Positions 9,211 through 19,215 of a stretch of DNA of 64,000 bases are shown here, piece by piece. The number at the start of each line of letters is the position of its first letter. The first letter of the stretch is position 1. Position numbers and translations under genes: made by a program. The stretch is from a virus. The stretch covers positions 1 to 64,000 of the IMG/VR virus record IMGVR_UViG_3300042731_007944; one strand, written 5' to 3'. The notes beneath the pieces were generated by a model. That model had not been told where the DNA came from. It did not search any database and saw only the letters and a list, made by a program, of their open reading frames with translations.

Positions 9211-9340
9211 ACAGAACGCCTGCCATCAAGCGCTGCGCCCTTGCGGGCACGAACGCTGAAACTGGAAAGACATTTGCGCGGTAGTAAAAAGCTGAAAACT
9301 GCCGACAACGGGCGCAGTCGCTTGCATGGCTTTGTTATGC
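9211..9340 (-). repeat. attC: attC site (130 bp) closing cassette L1
   Basis: ACAGAAC...GTTATGC with CTGCGCCC/GGGCGCAG arms. GTTATGC complements the attI core at 9768-9774. Confidence 0.92.
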
Positions 9341-9753
9341 AACGACACGCCCAATATCTTATTTTGATACTTAATAGCCTTCCTCAAATAGGTGAGTTTG
9401 CCAGTTGCATAGTATTCTAACCGATTGTTGAAATACTTCCAATATAAATCTTTGTCAACAGATTCAAAATTGACATTACTGATTGTCGAAATCTGCAAAA
9501 CATCATCAACTATATCGGCGTTAAACCATTCTCGTTGACGTGCTAAATATTGATTATACCTAAATAAAAAGAAGTTTTCAAGTTCATATCTGTTATCTGT
9601 TTTTATAACATGCAACAATTCAGGAGCAATCCCGATGCATTGACATTTCAACAATGACATTCTGCGTTTTACTTCAACAGTTTCCCCAACCTTTACCGTT
9701 TTAGGAGAAACTTTCGCAAAGTAAACATACCCTGGATAATACTGTGTCTCCAT
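9226..9753 (-). CDS. T5orf172/GIY-YIG-like domain protein (cassette L1)
   Basis: GYVYF...VKVG.T..V.RR...LE...REWF motif. Confidence 0.75.
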   Translation of the reverse strand: METQYYPGYVYFAKVSPKTVKVGETVEVKRRMSLLKCQCIGIAPELLHVIKTDNRYELENFFLFRYNQYLARQREWFNADIVDDVLQISTISNVNFESVDKDLYWKYFNNRLEYYATGKLTYLRKAIKYQNKILGVSLHNKAMQATAPVVGSFQLFTTAQMSFQFQRSCPQGRSA

Positions 9754-9767
9754 AAATTCTCCGAGTT

Positions 9768-9923
9768 GCATAACAATATTATTCTTTAAACTCTCAACAT
9801 AGATAATACTGACAGATGAACAGGTTTTTTGTCAAGGTATATTTACCAAAAAAGACCCATTTTTTATAATAATTTTTGCGAGAAAAACTTGACAAATTTC
9901 GTCAGCCTTTTTACGCTTCCTTT
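9768..9923. promoter_or_regulatory. attI: attI-L with divergent Pc and PintI promoters
   Basis: G/TTATGC crossover on the minus strand at 9774. Minus-strand TTGACA near 9835 (Pc); plus-strand TTGACA(9889)-17 bp-TACGCT (PintI). Confidence 0.85.
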
Positions 9924-10883
9924 ATGGCACAAAAAAGTAAGCTGTTAGCAGACTTTCAGGTTTGGATGACCAAAAAAGGCTTATCCTACCACACGGAACA
10001 AAGTTATGTCCAGTGGGCCAAACGATTCATTCTCTACTATAACAAAACCCATCCGCTTGAGATGGCAGAGCCGGAAGTGCAAGCCTACCTCTCGTACTTA
10101 GCCGTTGAACGCGAAGTGCGCCCTTCGACACAGAATCAGGCGTTTCACGCCCTGATCAACTTCTATCAGTTTCTCGGCAAGCCACTCTTTAACGTCAACG
10201 CCACTCGCGCCAAAAAGAAAACACGCATCCCGGTCGTGCTCTCACGAAACGATGTTCTTCTCCTGCTTGACCATATCACAAAGCCGCCGTACCCATGTAT
10301 GGCTGAACTGCTCTATGGCTCTGGGTTGCGCATCTCAGAATGCGTCCGATTGCGCGTGAAAGACCTTCTGTTAGATCGTCTGCAAGTCATTGTTCGCAGT
10401 GGCAAGGGCGACAAGGATCGGTTGTCCCTTCTCACGGATAATGCCGTTCCACTCTTGCAAGCCCAGCTTGTCACGGCGCGGCGTGTCTACGACCAGGATC
10501 GCAGGTCTCATCTCGCGGGCGTCTACCTTCCTCCGGCCTTATCTCGAAAATACCCATCTGCCTCAACCTCATGGGAATGGTTCTGGGTGTTCCCGTCTAT
10601 CAAGCGTTCAGACGATCCCCGTGATGACGTTGAACGGCGTCATCATTGGAGCGATCACGCCTTGCGGAAATATATCAAACAGGCCGCGAAACAGGCCGGG
10701 TTTGATACAACGATCACGCCGCACGTCCTGCGTCATTGTTTTGCCACGCATCTGCTAGAGGCGGGATTGGGGGATGGCCGAACGCTTGAACTCGTCCGGC
10801 AGTATATGGGACATGATTCAATTGAAACGACAAAAATCTATCTGCACTGTATGCAACGAGGGCGGAATCCGTTAAGTCGCTAG
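9924..10883 (+). CDS. intI: Integron integrase (tyrosine recombinase)
   Basis: GLRISE, GKGDKDR, HVLRH, GH..TTKIY catalytic set plus the IntI-specific insertion GVYLPPALSRKYP...WFWVFPS...DPR..RRHH; divergent from the attC array. Confidence 0.97.
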   Translation: MAQKSKLLADFQVWMTKKGLSYHTEQSYVQWAKRFILYYNKTHPLEMAEPEVQAYLSYLAVEREVRPSTQNQAFHALINFYQFLGKPLFNVNATRAKKKTRIPVVLSRNDVLLLLDHITKPPYPCMAELLYGSGLRISECVRLRVKDLLLDRLQVIVRSGKGDKDRLSLLTDNAVPLLQAQLVTARRVYDQDRRSHLAGVYLPPALSRKYPSASTSWEWFWVFPSIKRSDDPRDDVERRHHWSDHALRKYIKQAAKQAGFDTTITPHVLRHCFATHLLEAGLGDGRTLELVRQYMGHDSIETTKIYLHCMQRGRNPLSR

Positions 10884-11723
10884 AACAACAGTTCTGTCTG
10901 AAGTTCTTTCCCGGCTGTTTGCCGCAACATAACGCCGTGTTGGGCTTGCGGCATCCGTTGCCGTTCTTCCCCGAAATTCAACTTATAGCCTTCCTTTTTA
11001 ATGTCATAGACGTCGGCGATCTTTTCATAACAGCCCGTAATCACGCCATAGCGTCGTCGAAAGGTTAAGTTGTTTTTTGACGACACACTCATCTGGACCG
11101 GCAACTCAACCGCTAATCGCTTATGCTTATGCCCGAGCCAGATCAGATCGGATGACACCCAGGAGCAATAACGCTTCAGATCGATTATGCCATCCGTCAC
11201 TTCCGCATTCCCGCCCTGCCCGTGATTGTAGAATACGTCAAATTTCCGCCCATGTCCACCATTGCGTGTGTAGACAAACCGAATAAATCCGGTGTATCCG
11301 CCGTGACAAATCGGTTGCAGTGATGTGTTACGCCGCTCATTCAGCAGCGTGATCAACATATCTACGAGATCAAAATCTTGATATTTGAGTGTGCTCGTTT
11401 CGTGATTGCCTAAGCCAATGACATCAATGAGATCGACATACGGAACGAGCATCTCGAACGCGAAGTAGACGGATTGATTGAGTTTGGCCTGCCGTTGATC
11501 CTTGTCCTGGCTCCGAGACCACCGTTTTTTTGTCCTGCGAGAGGAGGAGGCTGGTCACATCGCCGTTGATAAAAATGCGAGCATTGCATTCCTTTGCGCG
11601 GTCAAAATCCTGAAGAAACACCTTTTTGTCAAAACCGGGTGCGTCCAAATGCAGATCAGAGGCAAAGAGGTGGTAATATTCTTTTTGCGAGGTGACATCG
11701 CGTCTGAACGTGATTATCTGCAT
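10880..11723 (-). pseudogene. Calcineurin-like metallophosphoesterase split by a 1-nt frameshift
   Basis: SDLH and NGD are in the 5' ORF; GNHE, HG and GHKH are in the 3' ORF. Removing one A from the A7 tract (11525-11531) fuses them. Confidence 0.8.
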
Positions 11724-12094
11724 TCAGACAGGTATCCCTCCACGATTTTCGCCACATCCGGATCGAGCACCGCCCGGTTCCCTGGCGGTGACGTCAACGC
11801 CCGGTATGCCTTCAGCGCATCCACGATGGCAACCAGCGTGTCTAATGTGGGCGCAACGGCACTCAAGTCTTTCCCGAACATCGCTTCCGCCGCTGCAATG
11901 CCTTTCTCATTATCCTGACGATCCTTGCTGGCTAGCAGGGCCAATTCAGCTAGCCGGTCAAGATCGATGTCGTCTTGAAGCACGGTTCCGTCCAGGTCGA
12001 CAAGGCCATACGTACCATCGCTTTGCGGCTGCAAGGCGCAGGCGGCCAGAAGAAGCAGGGCAAGAAAACATGTTATTATGAGACTCTTTTGCAT
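11714..12094 (-). CDS. Phage lipoprotein
   Basis: Signal peptide with an LAAC lipobox. Confidence 0.7.
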   Translation of the reverse strand: MQKSLIITCFLALLLLAACALQPQSDGTYGLVDLDGTVLQDDIDLDRLAELALLASKDRQDNEKGIAAAEAMFGKDLSAVAPTLDTLVAIVDALKAYRALTSPPGNRAVLDPDVAKIVEGYLSECR

Positions 12095-12282
12095 TGTTCA
12101 AAGCGCACCCGAATCCGCGTCACCAGGTCGTCTTCCCGATGACGTGGACAGGGCCACGACAGGGATTCAACGGTTTGCAAAGCCAGCACAATCTGCTCGA
12201 TCCGAACCTGATTGTGTTCCGCGCCGGGTTCGGTGACAAACAAGACTTGTTGCGCCAATAGATGCTGATCATGTGGATTCAT
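12076..12282 (-). CDS. Hypothetical protein
   Basis: Overlaps both neighbours in the same operon. Confidence 0.5.
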   Translation of the reverse strand: MNPHDQHLLAQQVLFVTEPGAEHNQVRIEQIVLALQTVESLSWPCPRHREDDLVTRIRVRFEQCKRVS

Positions 12283-12970
12283 GCTTTTCGTTGGAAATCC
12301 CCTTGTACACCAACCCATCCAAATCACCATTCAGTTGACTGAGTGTGGCTTCAGCGGACACCAGCACGAGTAAGGTATTGTTTTTCAAACTATACAAAAT
12401 CGCCGCGAGGCGTTGTTTATTCGAGGGAAAGGCCGCCGTCTCCAGATATTCGGAAATCTGCTGCAAGAATTGCTCGCGGTGGTGGCGATACACGGCGTTG
12501 AATTTCCGGACAATCATCTTCGCCGGGCCGGATTGCGCAGAGAAATAGATGGACAAGGCTTCTACCGCCCGATCTTCGCAATAGGGAAAGAGGGCAATCA
12601 ACCACTCCATCGTCGCGGTTTTAAATTTTGCCTTCGGCAGGGCATGATAGTCTTTCGACAGGCCCTCAACGAGATAATCGTGCATCGCGTGAAAATATTC
12701 ACTCAGAAAATCCGACCAGAGCGCCTGTTTGAAGGTGCTTGGAAAGCAGACATTATGCGCGGTGCTCGTATAAAAGACTTCTATCGTGGCGAGGATCGAA
12801 TGTGACTGAATGGCGTAATCAAACGGGAAATCCTGATGCAGGGGTTCTGCCTTCGGGCGCTCATTCAGCTTCTTCTCGAAATACCGATAGGCGAGAAAAA
12901 TTGCCAGACCGGAAATCAACAAGGGAGCGCCAAACTGATTGAGATACTGGAAAAGTTGTTCAACTGTCAT
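12269..12970 (-). CDS. Membrane-anchored phage protein (holin-like N-terminus)
   Basis: One N-terminal TM helix; first gene after the promoter at 12978-13022. Confidence 0.55.
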   Translation of the reverse strand: MTVEQLFQYLNQFGAPLLISGLAIFLAYRYFEKKLNERPKAEPLHQDFPFDYAIQSHSILATIEVFYTSTAHNVCFPSTFKQALWSDFLSEYFHAMHDYLVEGLSKDYHALPKAKFKTATMEWLIALFPYCEDRAVEALSIYFSAQSGPAKMIVRKFNAVYRHHREQFLQQISEYLETAAFPSNKQRLAAILYSLKNNTLLVLVSAEATLSQLNGDLDGLVYKGISNEKHEST

Positions 12971-12977
12971 GGCACGA

Positions 12978-13022
12978 TATCATAGCAGCATGGCGGGAAG
13001 AAAGTCAAGTGAAAATTTTCTC
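12978..13022 (-). promoter_or_regulatory. Sigma-70 promoter with the shared operator
   Basis: GAGAAAATTTTCAC-TTGACT-18 bp-TATGAT (with extended TG). Confidence 0.6.
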
Positions 13023-13134
13023 AGATAGATCGCCCTGACCTATCCTGGCTATCCCACGAGAGTTACAGCACAGATCAGGGCGTGACACCGTTCAGCAGAC
13101 AACCTAGGAGGGGAGACTGAACGGCGTTTCGTTT

Positions 13135-13590
13135 TTACATTGCGTCTAAAGCGTCCTCTACGAGGCCATCAAACACTGTCGCAACATTACGAGCGTTCGG
13201 ATCTTCCTCGTCATCAAATAAGATTCGGAACACCATCGCAGCGGCCACTTTTGCGGCAGCCTGGGCTTTGTTAAAAACCTCTTTCCCGGACTCGAACGCT
13301 TCTTTCCCGAGTTCAAAAATCTCCCGTAATTCTTCAGTGGTTTTCTCATCAGCCATCGCATTCACGACGGATTCAGCCGTTTCTGCGATTTTCTGAAAAT
13401 CAACCTCTCTCGATTTCATTTCTTCTGTCACTGAGCAACACCTCCTTTCCTTTGAAGTAAAAAATGTCATGGAGTCCAGCGCCATTTTCAAAACTTCCTG
13501 CTTGTCTTCATTCGACAAGACCCTGTACCACTGTCGAATCTCCTGGGCCGGGTGTCCGGCAAGCTGTTCAATCTGTTCGCCGAGCGTCAA
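13135..13590 (-). CDS. Hypothetical protein
   Basis: ORF coupled to the upstream gene. Confidence 0.6.
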   Translation of the reverse strand: MTLGEQIEQLAGHPAQEIRQWYRVLSNEDKQEVLKMALDSMTFFTSKERRCCSVTEEMKSREVDFQKIAETAESVVNAMADEKTTEELREIFELGKEAFESGKEVFNKAQAAAKVAAAMVFRILFDDEEDPNARNVATVFDGLVEDALDAM

Positions 13591-13955
13591 TTCAGTACCT
13601 GTTCAGAAACCTTTCTTGTGCGAGGGTTCGCATAGACCAGTACAAACTCAAACCACGGGAAGAGTTCACAGGCCATTTTGAGCTTATTCCATCCGTCTTC
13701 TCGCATGGCATCTTTATTCGCCTTCACTTCCACGATCCGAAGCCGATCTTGAAACACCACCAGGAAGTCAGGTTTATAGGACATCTCATTGACTTTCCCA
13801 GGAATGCCATGCACAAGAATCAATTTGAATGGTTCAAACCGATAGTCTTCAATTTCTCCGGCAAGCTTCAATGGGACCAAAACAGACGACTCATAGAACT
13901 TCTCCGTTTTATTCTGTCCGGCATAAACAGTTTTAGGGCGAACGCTTCGACTCAC
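13587..13955 (-). CDS. PD-(D/E)xK endonuclease (DUF1064-like, possible resolvase)
   Basis: NKTE..Y..YKPDF...IVEVK motif. Confidence 0.75.
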   Translation of the reverse strand: MSRSVRPKTVYAGQNKTEKFYESSVLVPLKLAGEIEDYRFEPFKLILVHGIPGKVNEMSYKPDFLVVFQDRLRIVEVKANKDAMREDGWNKLKMACELFPWFEFVLVYANPRTRKVSEQVLN

Positions 13956-14323
13956 AACAGCACCACCCCCTGGCGCGTCTTCGGCTGTCGTTCCGGTTCC
14001 GGTGCTGGCGTCTTTTTGTGCTCATGAAACCGTTGTAAAGACTGAACGACACGGCTTTTCAGCGTCTCCTCAATAATGCGTTCATGCGACTGCGCGACAT
14101 AAGCCGTATGGCATGTCTCACAATAGTATCCGGCCTTGCCGTATCGCGCACAGACAAGAATCAACTTCGTTTTATCAAACGACACACCACACTCCACACA
14201 CTGGGCCTCTGTCGGAAATTCTGTCGCCCGGGTGTAGGAGATCTTACGCTGTGGTGGTTGTGTTCGTCGTTTCATCGTTTTAGGCTTGTTTATTTTTTCA
14301 CGAATGTCAACAAAAATTTTCAC
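13952..14323 (-). CDS. Zn-finger hypothetical protein (true start probably ~14275)
   Basis: CVEC...CETC motifs. Confidence 0.55.
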   Translation of the reverse strand: MKIFVDIREKINKPKTMKRRTQPPQRKISYTRATEFPTEAQCVECGVSFDKTKLILVCARYGKAGYYCETCHTAYVAQSHERIIEETLKSRVVQSLQRFHEHKKTPAPEPERQPKTRQGVVLL

Positions 14324-14589
14324 TTTCCTTCGTATGCACCGCCTCAGCCGCCGTCAGCAGCACGCGTCGTTTGTATTGCAAGGGCAATTCCTGTGGCTTC
14401 CTGGGAAACACAGCAATCGTCGCAACAAGCAGGCGGCACAAATGCACGGTATTCGTCTACCTCACCACCATGTCCGCCAGCATCCAGGCGGTTTTCAGAT
14501 CCGCATAGAGTTTGCGCCCTTTGTCCTGCCCGAAGGCATCCCAGGCGAAAAAAAGAAAGAGTTTCAGTTTTCTGAGGGTTGTTCGCATA

Positions 14590-15072
14590 TCAATTCCCTC
14601 GTTTGTATGCAATGACCGGCGTGGTCAGCGCCTTCTCATGATCCCACCCGTACACGCAGACGCGCATGTACAGATTCGAGCGCGTGATGCCCAGCGCCTG
14701 CTGTGCCGGTTCACGCGCCCAGAGACGCAACAATTGCGTCTTGCCGTTCAGTGTGAGGTAAATCTCATCCTTCGTATTGTTCGCGCCGCCTATTGAGCGC
14801 AATTCAACACCCAGCGCCCGTAAATGTTCCCGGATGGTATTCTTGTGGATATCAAGCCGGGCCGCAATGTCACAAGGTCGCATCCCGCGATCCTGATACC
14901 ACTCCCGGATCAGCCGGTTGACATCGTCATGCGTCAGATCCGGCGCGTTCAGGGCCTTCTTGATATACGGCAATGTGGCGTTATTCCATATCATCTCGTT
15001 TTTTAAACTAGCGCGAATTCCCGTGGAATACGCACTTGCGCTTTTTTCACGCGTTTGTGTTTGTAAAACCAC
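14590..15072 (-). CDS. HTH protein with a homing-endonuclease-associated C-terminal motif
   Basis: DIAARLDIHKNTIR HTH; LTLNGKTQ..W...GW..EKALTTP. Confidence 0.6.
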   Translation of the reverse strand: MVLQTQTREKSASAYSTGIRASLKNEMIWNNATLPYIKKALNAPDLTHDDVNRLIREWYQDRGMRPCDIAARLDIHKNTIREHLRALGVELRSIGGANNTKDEIYLTLNGKTQLLRLWAREPAQQALGITRSNLYMRVCVYGWDHEKALTTPVIAYKRGN

Positions 15073-15872
15073 GTCATCAGACGCTTCCGTTCAAAGTCGT
15101 TCCAGCCTAATGCCTGCTGTGCTGCTGTCACGATATTTGGCTGCATGGCATCCAGAGGATGATACCACATCGGCAAGACTTTCCTGACGTGTTTCTCAAT
15201 GAACTCACAACGCGTCCAGGCGTCATCCGGCCCGGTCCGAAACCCGACCAGAGCATAACTACGAATATGGGTTTTCACCACGCTGTTCCGTTTCAGGGTG
15301 TCCACCGCCGTCAACCAATCGTCTACATACGCCATGCTATCCAGCGCTAACCTGACCGTCACCTGTGCGATCTCTGCGATCCGTCTGGCATGATAGTCTG
15401 TCAGCAACCGGGCATCCACGCCCTGGTTAAAGTCCGCCCATTCCCACTGTATCAGCCGATCTATCACCTTGTCGAAGTGTGTTTGTGAGGCGGCGAACAG
15501 GTTGTCATCGATCAGGACCGGACGATCCGGCCACTCCTCGAATTCCTGAAACGCTCCACAGATCCGGTTGACCCCGCAAAAGCCGCAACGATTCGGACAG
15601 CCCGCCGTGGTGCGCGTGGCAAGGGGGTTGATCCGTTGCAAGACGGAAGAATCATTCTCGCCAACCGTGACGTGTGAGAGGTCATCAAAATAGTTCGGCA
15701 GTAAGCGCACCGCTGGGCCTCCAATGACCGCCCTTTCCCACATAAACGACTTCTGCAAGAGCCGTATCCGCACGTCTGGAAGATTCCAGGTAAACGGAAT
15801 CGACACGTACAGTGTTTTCCCGCCTGTCCAGTAGACAGGGCCTTTCGGCCATGTGATCTCCGGGGTGTTCAT
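15003..15872 (-). CDS. Radical SAM protein
   Basis: GCPNRCGFC (CxxxCxxC), DDN and DFNQG.DARL motifs. Confidence 0.85.
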   Translation of the reverse strand: MNTPEITWPKGPVYWTGGKTLYVSIPFTWNLPDVRIRLLQKSFMWERAVIGGPAVRLLPNYFDDLSHVTVGENDSSVLQRINPLATRTTAGCPNRCGFCGVNRICGAFQEFEEWPDRPVLIDDNLFAASQTHFDKVIDRLIQWEWADFNQGVDARLLTDYHARRIAEIAQVTVRLALDSMAYVDDWLTAVDTLKRNSVVKTHIRSYALVGFRTGPDDAWTRCEFIEKHVRKVLPMWYHPLDAMQPNIVTAAQQALGWNDFERKRLMTWFYKHKRVKKAQVRIPREFALV

Positions 15873-16408
15873 GCCGCGAATAGCTCCTGTTGTGGTGACA
15901 GTTCAACATCAAGAGATGGTTTCTCAATAACGCTGAACCTCACAGGTTCTGCTACTGGTGTAAAAATGACAACCGCGCTCGGAAACGGGGCCGATGAGAC
16001 TTTCATCTGTCCGTCTTCTCGATATGACGGCAACATCCGGTTAATAAACTTCAAGCGCCCTTTGATAAAACGAATTTCTGACGCCTGCATCGCGTAATTA
16101 TGCCACCAGCCTGTATCAGTACGAGACGGAACCAAACAGACCACCGTTGCGCCTTGTACGGCTGACAGAAACGCTTTGCGCATCCACTGACCGATCACCC
16201 GTCCATAGGGAGGGTTCATCCAGCATACGCCCTGCCAGTCTTGTGATAACCCGTCGTCAGCCTTCGTATAAAACCGTGGACATGTCGCGTTTTCTGCTGA
16301 GGCACAGACATCAACGGTAAACGAGAATTCCCGGTGCAGTTTGTTAAACAGCCAGCGCGGGGTTTCCCAGTGTTCCGAGTAAGATGAGAAAACGCCTTTG
16401 TTAAGCAC
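15869..16408 (-). CDS. dam: Phage DNA N6-adenine methyltransferase (Dam family)
   Basis: WETP, DVCA, WMNPPY, RTDT.WWH, GRLKF, APFPS motifs. Confidence 0.92.
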   Translation of the reverse strand: MLNKGVFSSYSEHWETPRWLFNKLHREFSFTVDVCASAENATCPRFYTKADDGLSQDWQGVCWMNPPYGRVIGQWMRKAFLSAVQGATVVCLVPSRTDTGWWHNYAMQASEIRFIKGRLKFINRMLPSYREDGQMKVSSAPFPSAVVIFTPVAEPVRFSVIEKPSLDVELSPQQELFAA

Positions 16409-17795
16409 GCCGCCCCCGTCGCTTCTGCTCGTATTTCGTTTTCCCGCCCCGCACGGTTGCCGGGTGTGCCATCTTTGCGTTATCTTCCCACACGCCGCCG
16501 ATCAGCGTCTGGTGAAACGTCCGGCTCGTTTTCTTGCCTTTTCCGGCAGGCGTCTGTTCGACGCATTCCCGCCGTGTCCCGTTCTCACTGATAACTATCA
16601 TCGTGTTTTCTCCTCCGGCCAGTGCGCTTGCACAAATGCCCGCAACCCTTCCAGGTCACGAAACACCGGTGCAAGATCGGCCTTGTGTTGCACGAACTGC
16701 CAGACCGTGCCAACCGGCAGGCCGTGGCGTTCGGCAATGGTGTTGAGTTGTTCCACCAGCACCTCGGCTGGTGACATGGTTATCGACATGGTTCAATATC
16801 CCTCGGATCGCCCTTCACTCATGATGAGCGCCCCCTTTTCGGACTCTCCAGTAGGCCAAGATGTAACAAAACAACTACTGTACGGCGTAGAGGAGGAGGG
16901 TTTGTATGAAAAACCACGGGCGGTTTCCCGGTCCCGTTCCCCGTCCGATTCGTCCGGTCTCGCATATTCGCGGAGGAAGGGAGGGCGATCCCTTCTACGT
17001 GTCTTGAGAAATAATCAGCGATCCGAGGGTGTCCTTTCGTTCTCGTACAACCAGCGGGCGCACAAATTGATCTCGGTGATAGCAGGCCACGACCGCCGCC
17101 TCTCGCGCTCGGCGTTTCGTCAAGACCGACAAGGCCAGAGCCGCCGCCTCATCCGGTGACTGTGGTTGCGATAAGCGCACTTCGTCAAAGTACAAATCGC
17201 AACACACCCGCCCCAGGGCGTCCAGCGTCGGCTGTATATCCGTATCCTGTTGTACGGCGATGTCCTGACGGCGGCGGTGTTCTGCGCCGATCTTAGCCAA
17301 GGTATTCAACAAATTCGCGTACTTTTGCATAATGAAAATAACCTCACTCGCTGAAAGACATTATCATTTCGATCCTGGGCACGGTCAGCATAGGCAGCCG
17401 CATGCGCCGCTATCAACACCGTGACAGATCGCATAAACGCATCGCCCGTTTGCGAAGGCGTCATCAAGGTTAACCGGTTCCAGTCTTGCTCGGTGAGAGT
17501 CGGTTCAGGAAAGGGCATCTGCATCTCACACGTTCCCCTTAACCGTAATCGTAATGTCTTTGGCCTCAAGAACGCCATCCTTCATCCAGGATACGAGGAG
17601 TTCAAGAGCATTACGCAATCCACAGAAGCCTTCAATGCGTTTCGGTTCCCCTGTGCCGATCAGCGGGAGATCGCGCTCCTCGCCAGTATAGCACAGCCAG
17701 GCATTCGTTTTCGTGCCGGATCCTGGCCGGTATGAATGCTCGATATCCTCACCACAATAAGGCTGTCCGTCTATATGTATCGTGCAAATTAACAT
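16401..17795 (-). CDS. Cluster of short phage hypothetical ORFs (16401-16601, 16598-16789, 16995-17330, 17306-~17527, 17526-17795)
   Basis: Tightly overlapping co-oriented ORFs between dnaB and dam. Confidence 0.5.
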
Positions 17796-17796
17796 C

Positions 17797-19215
17797 TCAA
17801 TAGCTCCTCGTCTGCCAGTCGTCCGGCACGTCCGGCGCGGGCTGGTGATGGCGCTCCAGGTTCTCGAAGCGGGTGTATTCTTTCAAGTAGGACAAATAGG
17901 CCGTTCCAATTTCACCGTTTCGTTGTTTACGGAAAAGAATTTCTGCAAGACCCTTGTCTGGGGTCTCTGGATAATACACCTCATCGCGATAGATACACAT
18001 CACGACATCCGCATCCTGTTCAATCGCGCCTGACTCTCGTAAATCCGACAAAATAGGGCGCTTATCGGTTCGAGTTTCACAGGCCCGGCTTAATTGCGAC
18101 AGGGCCAGTACAGGCACGTTCAACTCTTTCGCCAGGGCCTTGAGCGACCGGGAAATTTCCGTGACTTCCTGCTGCTTATTTTCCTGTCTCCTGCGTGTCG
18201 TCATGAGTTGTAGATAGTCCACAATGACCAACCCAAGTCCGTGTTTCATCTTGAGTTGCTTCGCCTTCGCTCGCATCTCAAGAATATTCAGGGCTGGGGT
18301 GTCGTCAATGTGAATCGCGGCCTTTGCCAGCACTTCAGCAGCATAAGCTAACCGCTCCCAATCTCCCTCTTGTACCTGTCCGGCGATCAGCTTTCGATAG
18401 TTGACTTTCGCCTCAGAACATAGCAGACGCATCCCCACTTGTTCTTTCGACATTTCCAGGCTAAAGATCGCCGTTGGGATCTGGTGTTTCGCTCCGGTAT
18501 ATCGTCCGACACATAAGGCTAACGCCGTTTTTCCCATGCTCGGACGCGCGGCCAGGATAATCAAATCTGAAGGTTGTAACCCAGTGGTCAGATAATCGAT
18601 CTCCGTGTATCCGGTAGGGACGCCCGTCACGACCTGTTTCTTTTCAGCCAACTCCTCCAGCAGTTCGAAACTCTGCTTGACCAACACGCCTGAACTCACA
18701 AAGCCCTGTTTCACATGGCCCTGCGCCACATTAAAAATCATATTTTGTGCATCTTCCAAGATGACAGACGCTGGTTCCTGGTCGTCATGACAGCGACAGG
18801 CGATCTGGATGCTAGCGTTCATTAACCGGCGTGAAATCGCTTTTTCGTGAACAATCCCCGCATGAAAGGTGATGTTTGCCGCTGAAGGAACCTGATCAAC
18901 GAGTTCAGCAAGATAGGCCGGACCGCCGATCTCTTCAAGTTGTTTGCGGCGTTCCAATTCATCACGTAAGACAAGCAGATCGACCGCTCCCTGCTGTTCG
19001 AGACACGTCAACATCGCCTCGAAAATCTTCCGATGGTTCAGGCGGTAAAAGTCTTCTGGATCGAAAAGTTCTAACGCGGCGTACAGGGATGCGTTTTGCA
19101 CCAGCACCGCCCCTAAGACGGCTCGCTCAGCGTCCAAATTGAACGGTGGCGGTATTTCTGCCTTGCGATACATGGTCTGTATCGTCGCATGTTCATAGGT
19201 TTTCGGGTTACTCAT
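17797..19215 (-). CDS. dnaB: Replicative DNA helicase
   Basis: AARPSMGKT, FSLEM, VDYLQL, SQLSR, DLRESGAIEQDAD, KQRNG motifs. Confidence 0.97.
   Translation of the reverse strand: MSNPKTYEHATIQTMYRKAEIPPPFNLDAERAVLGAVLVQNASLYAALELFDPEDFYRLNHRKIFEAMLTCLEQQGAVDLLVLRDELERRKQLEEIGGPAYLAELVDQVPSAANITFHAGIVHEKAISRRLMNASIQIACRCHDDQEPASVILEDAQNMIFNVAQGHVKQGFVSSGVLVKQSFELLEELAEKKQVVTGVPTGYTEIDYLTTGLQPSDLIILAARPSMGKTALALCVGRYTGAKHQIPTAIFSLEMSKEQVGMRLLCSEAKVNYRKLIAGQVQEGDWERLAYAAEVLAKAAIHIDDTPALNILEMRAKAKQLKMKHGLGLVIVDYLQLMTTRRRQENKQQEVTEISRSLKALAKELNVPVLALSQLSRACETRTDKRPILSDLRESGAIEQDADVVMCIYRDEVYYPETPDKGLAEILFRKQRNGEIGTAYLSYLKEYTRFENLERHHQPAPDVPDDWQTRSY

Noticed and set aside
9808-9823. LexA box in the integrase promoter region
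   Set aside because: CTGACAGATGAACAG has CTG-N9-CAG spacing, not the N10 of the E. coli-type box, and it does not overlap PintI.
16398-17159. Long plus-strand ORFs antisense to phage genes (e.g. 16398-17159, 55710-56390, 57616-58314)
   Set aside because: These are shadow ORFs with no motifs, overlapping better-supported minus-strand genes.
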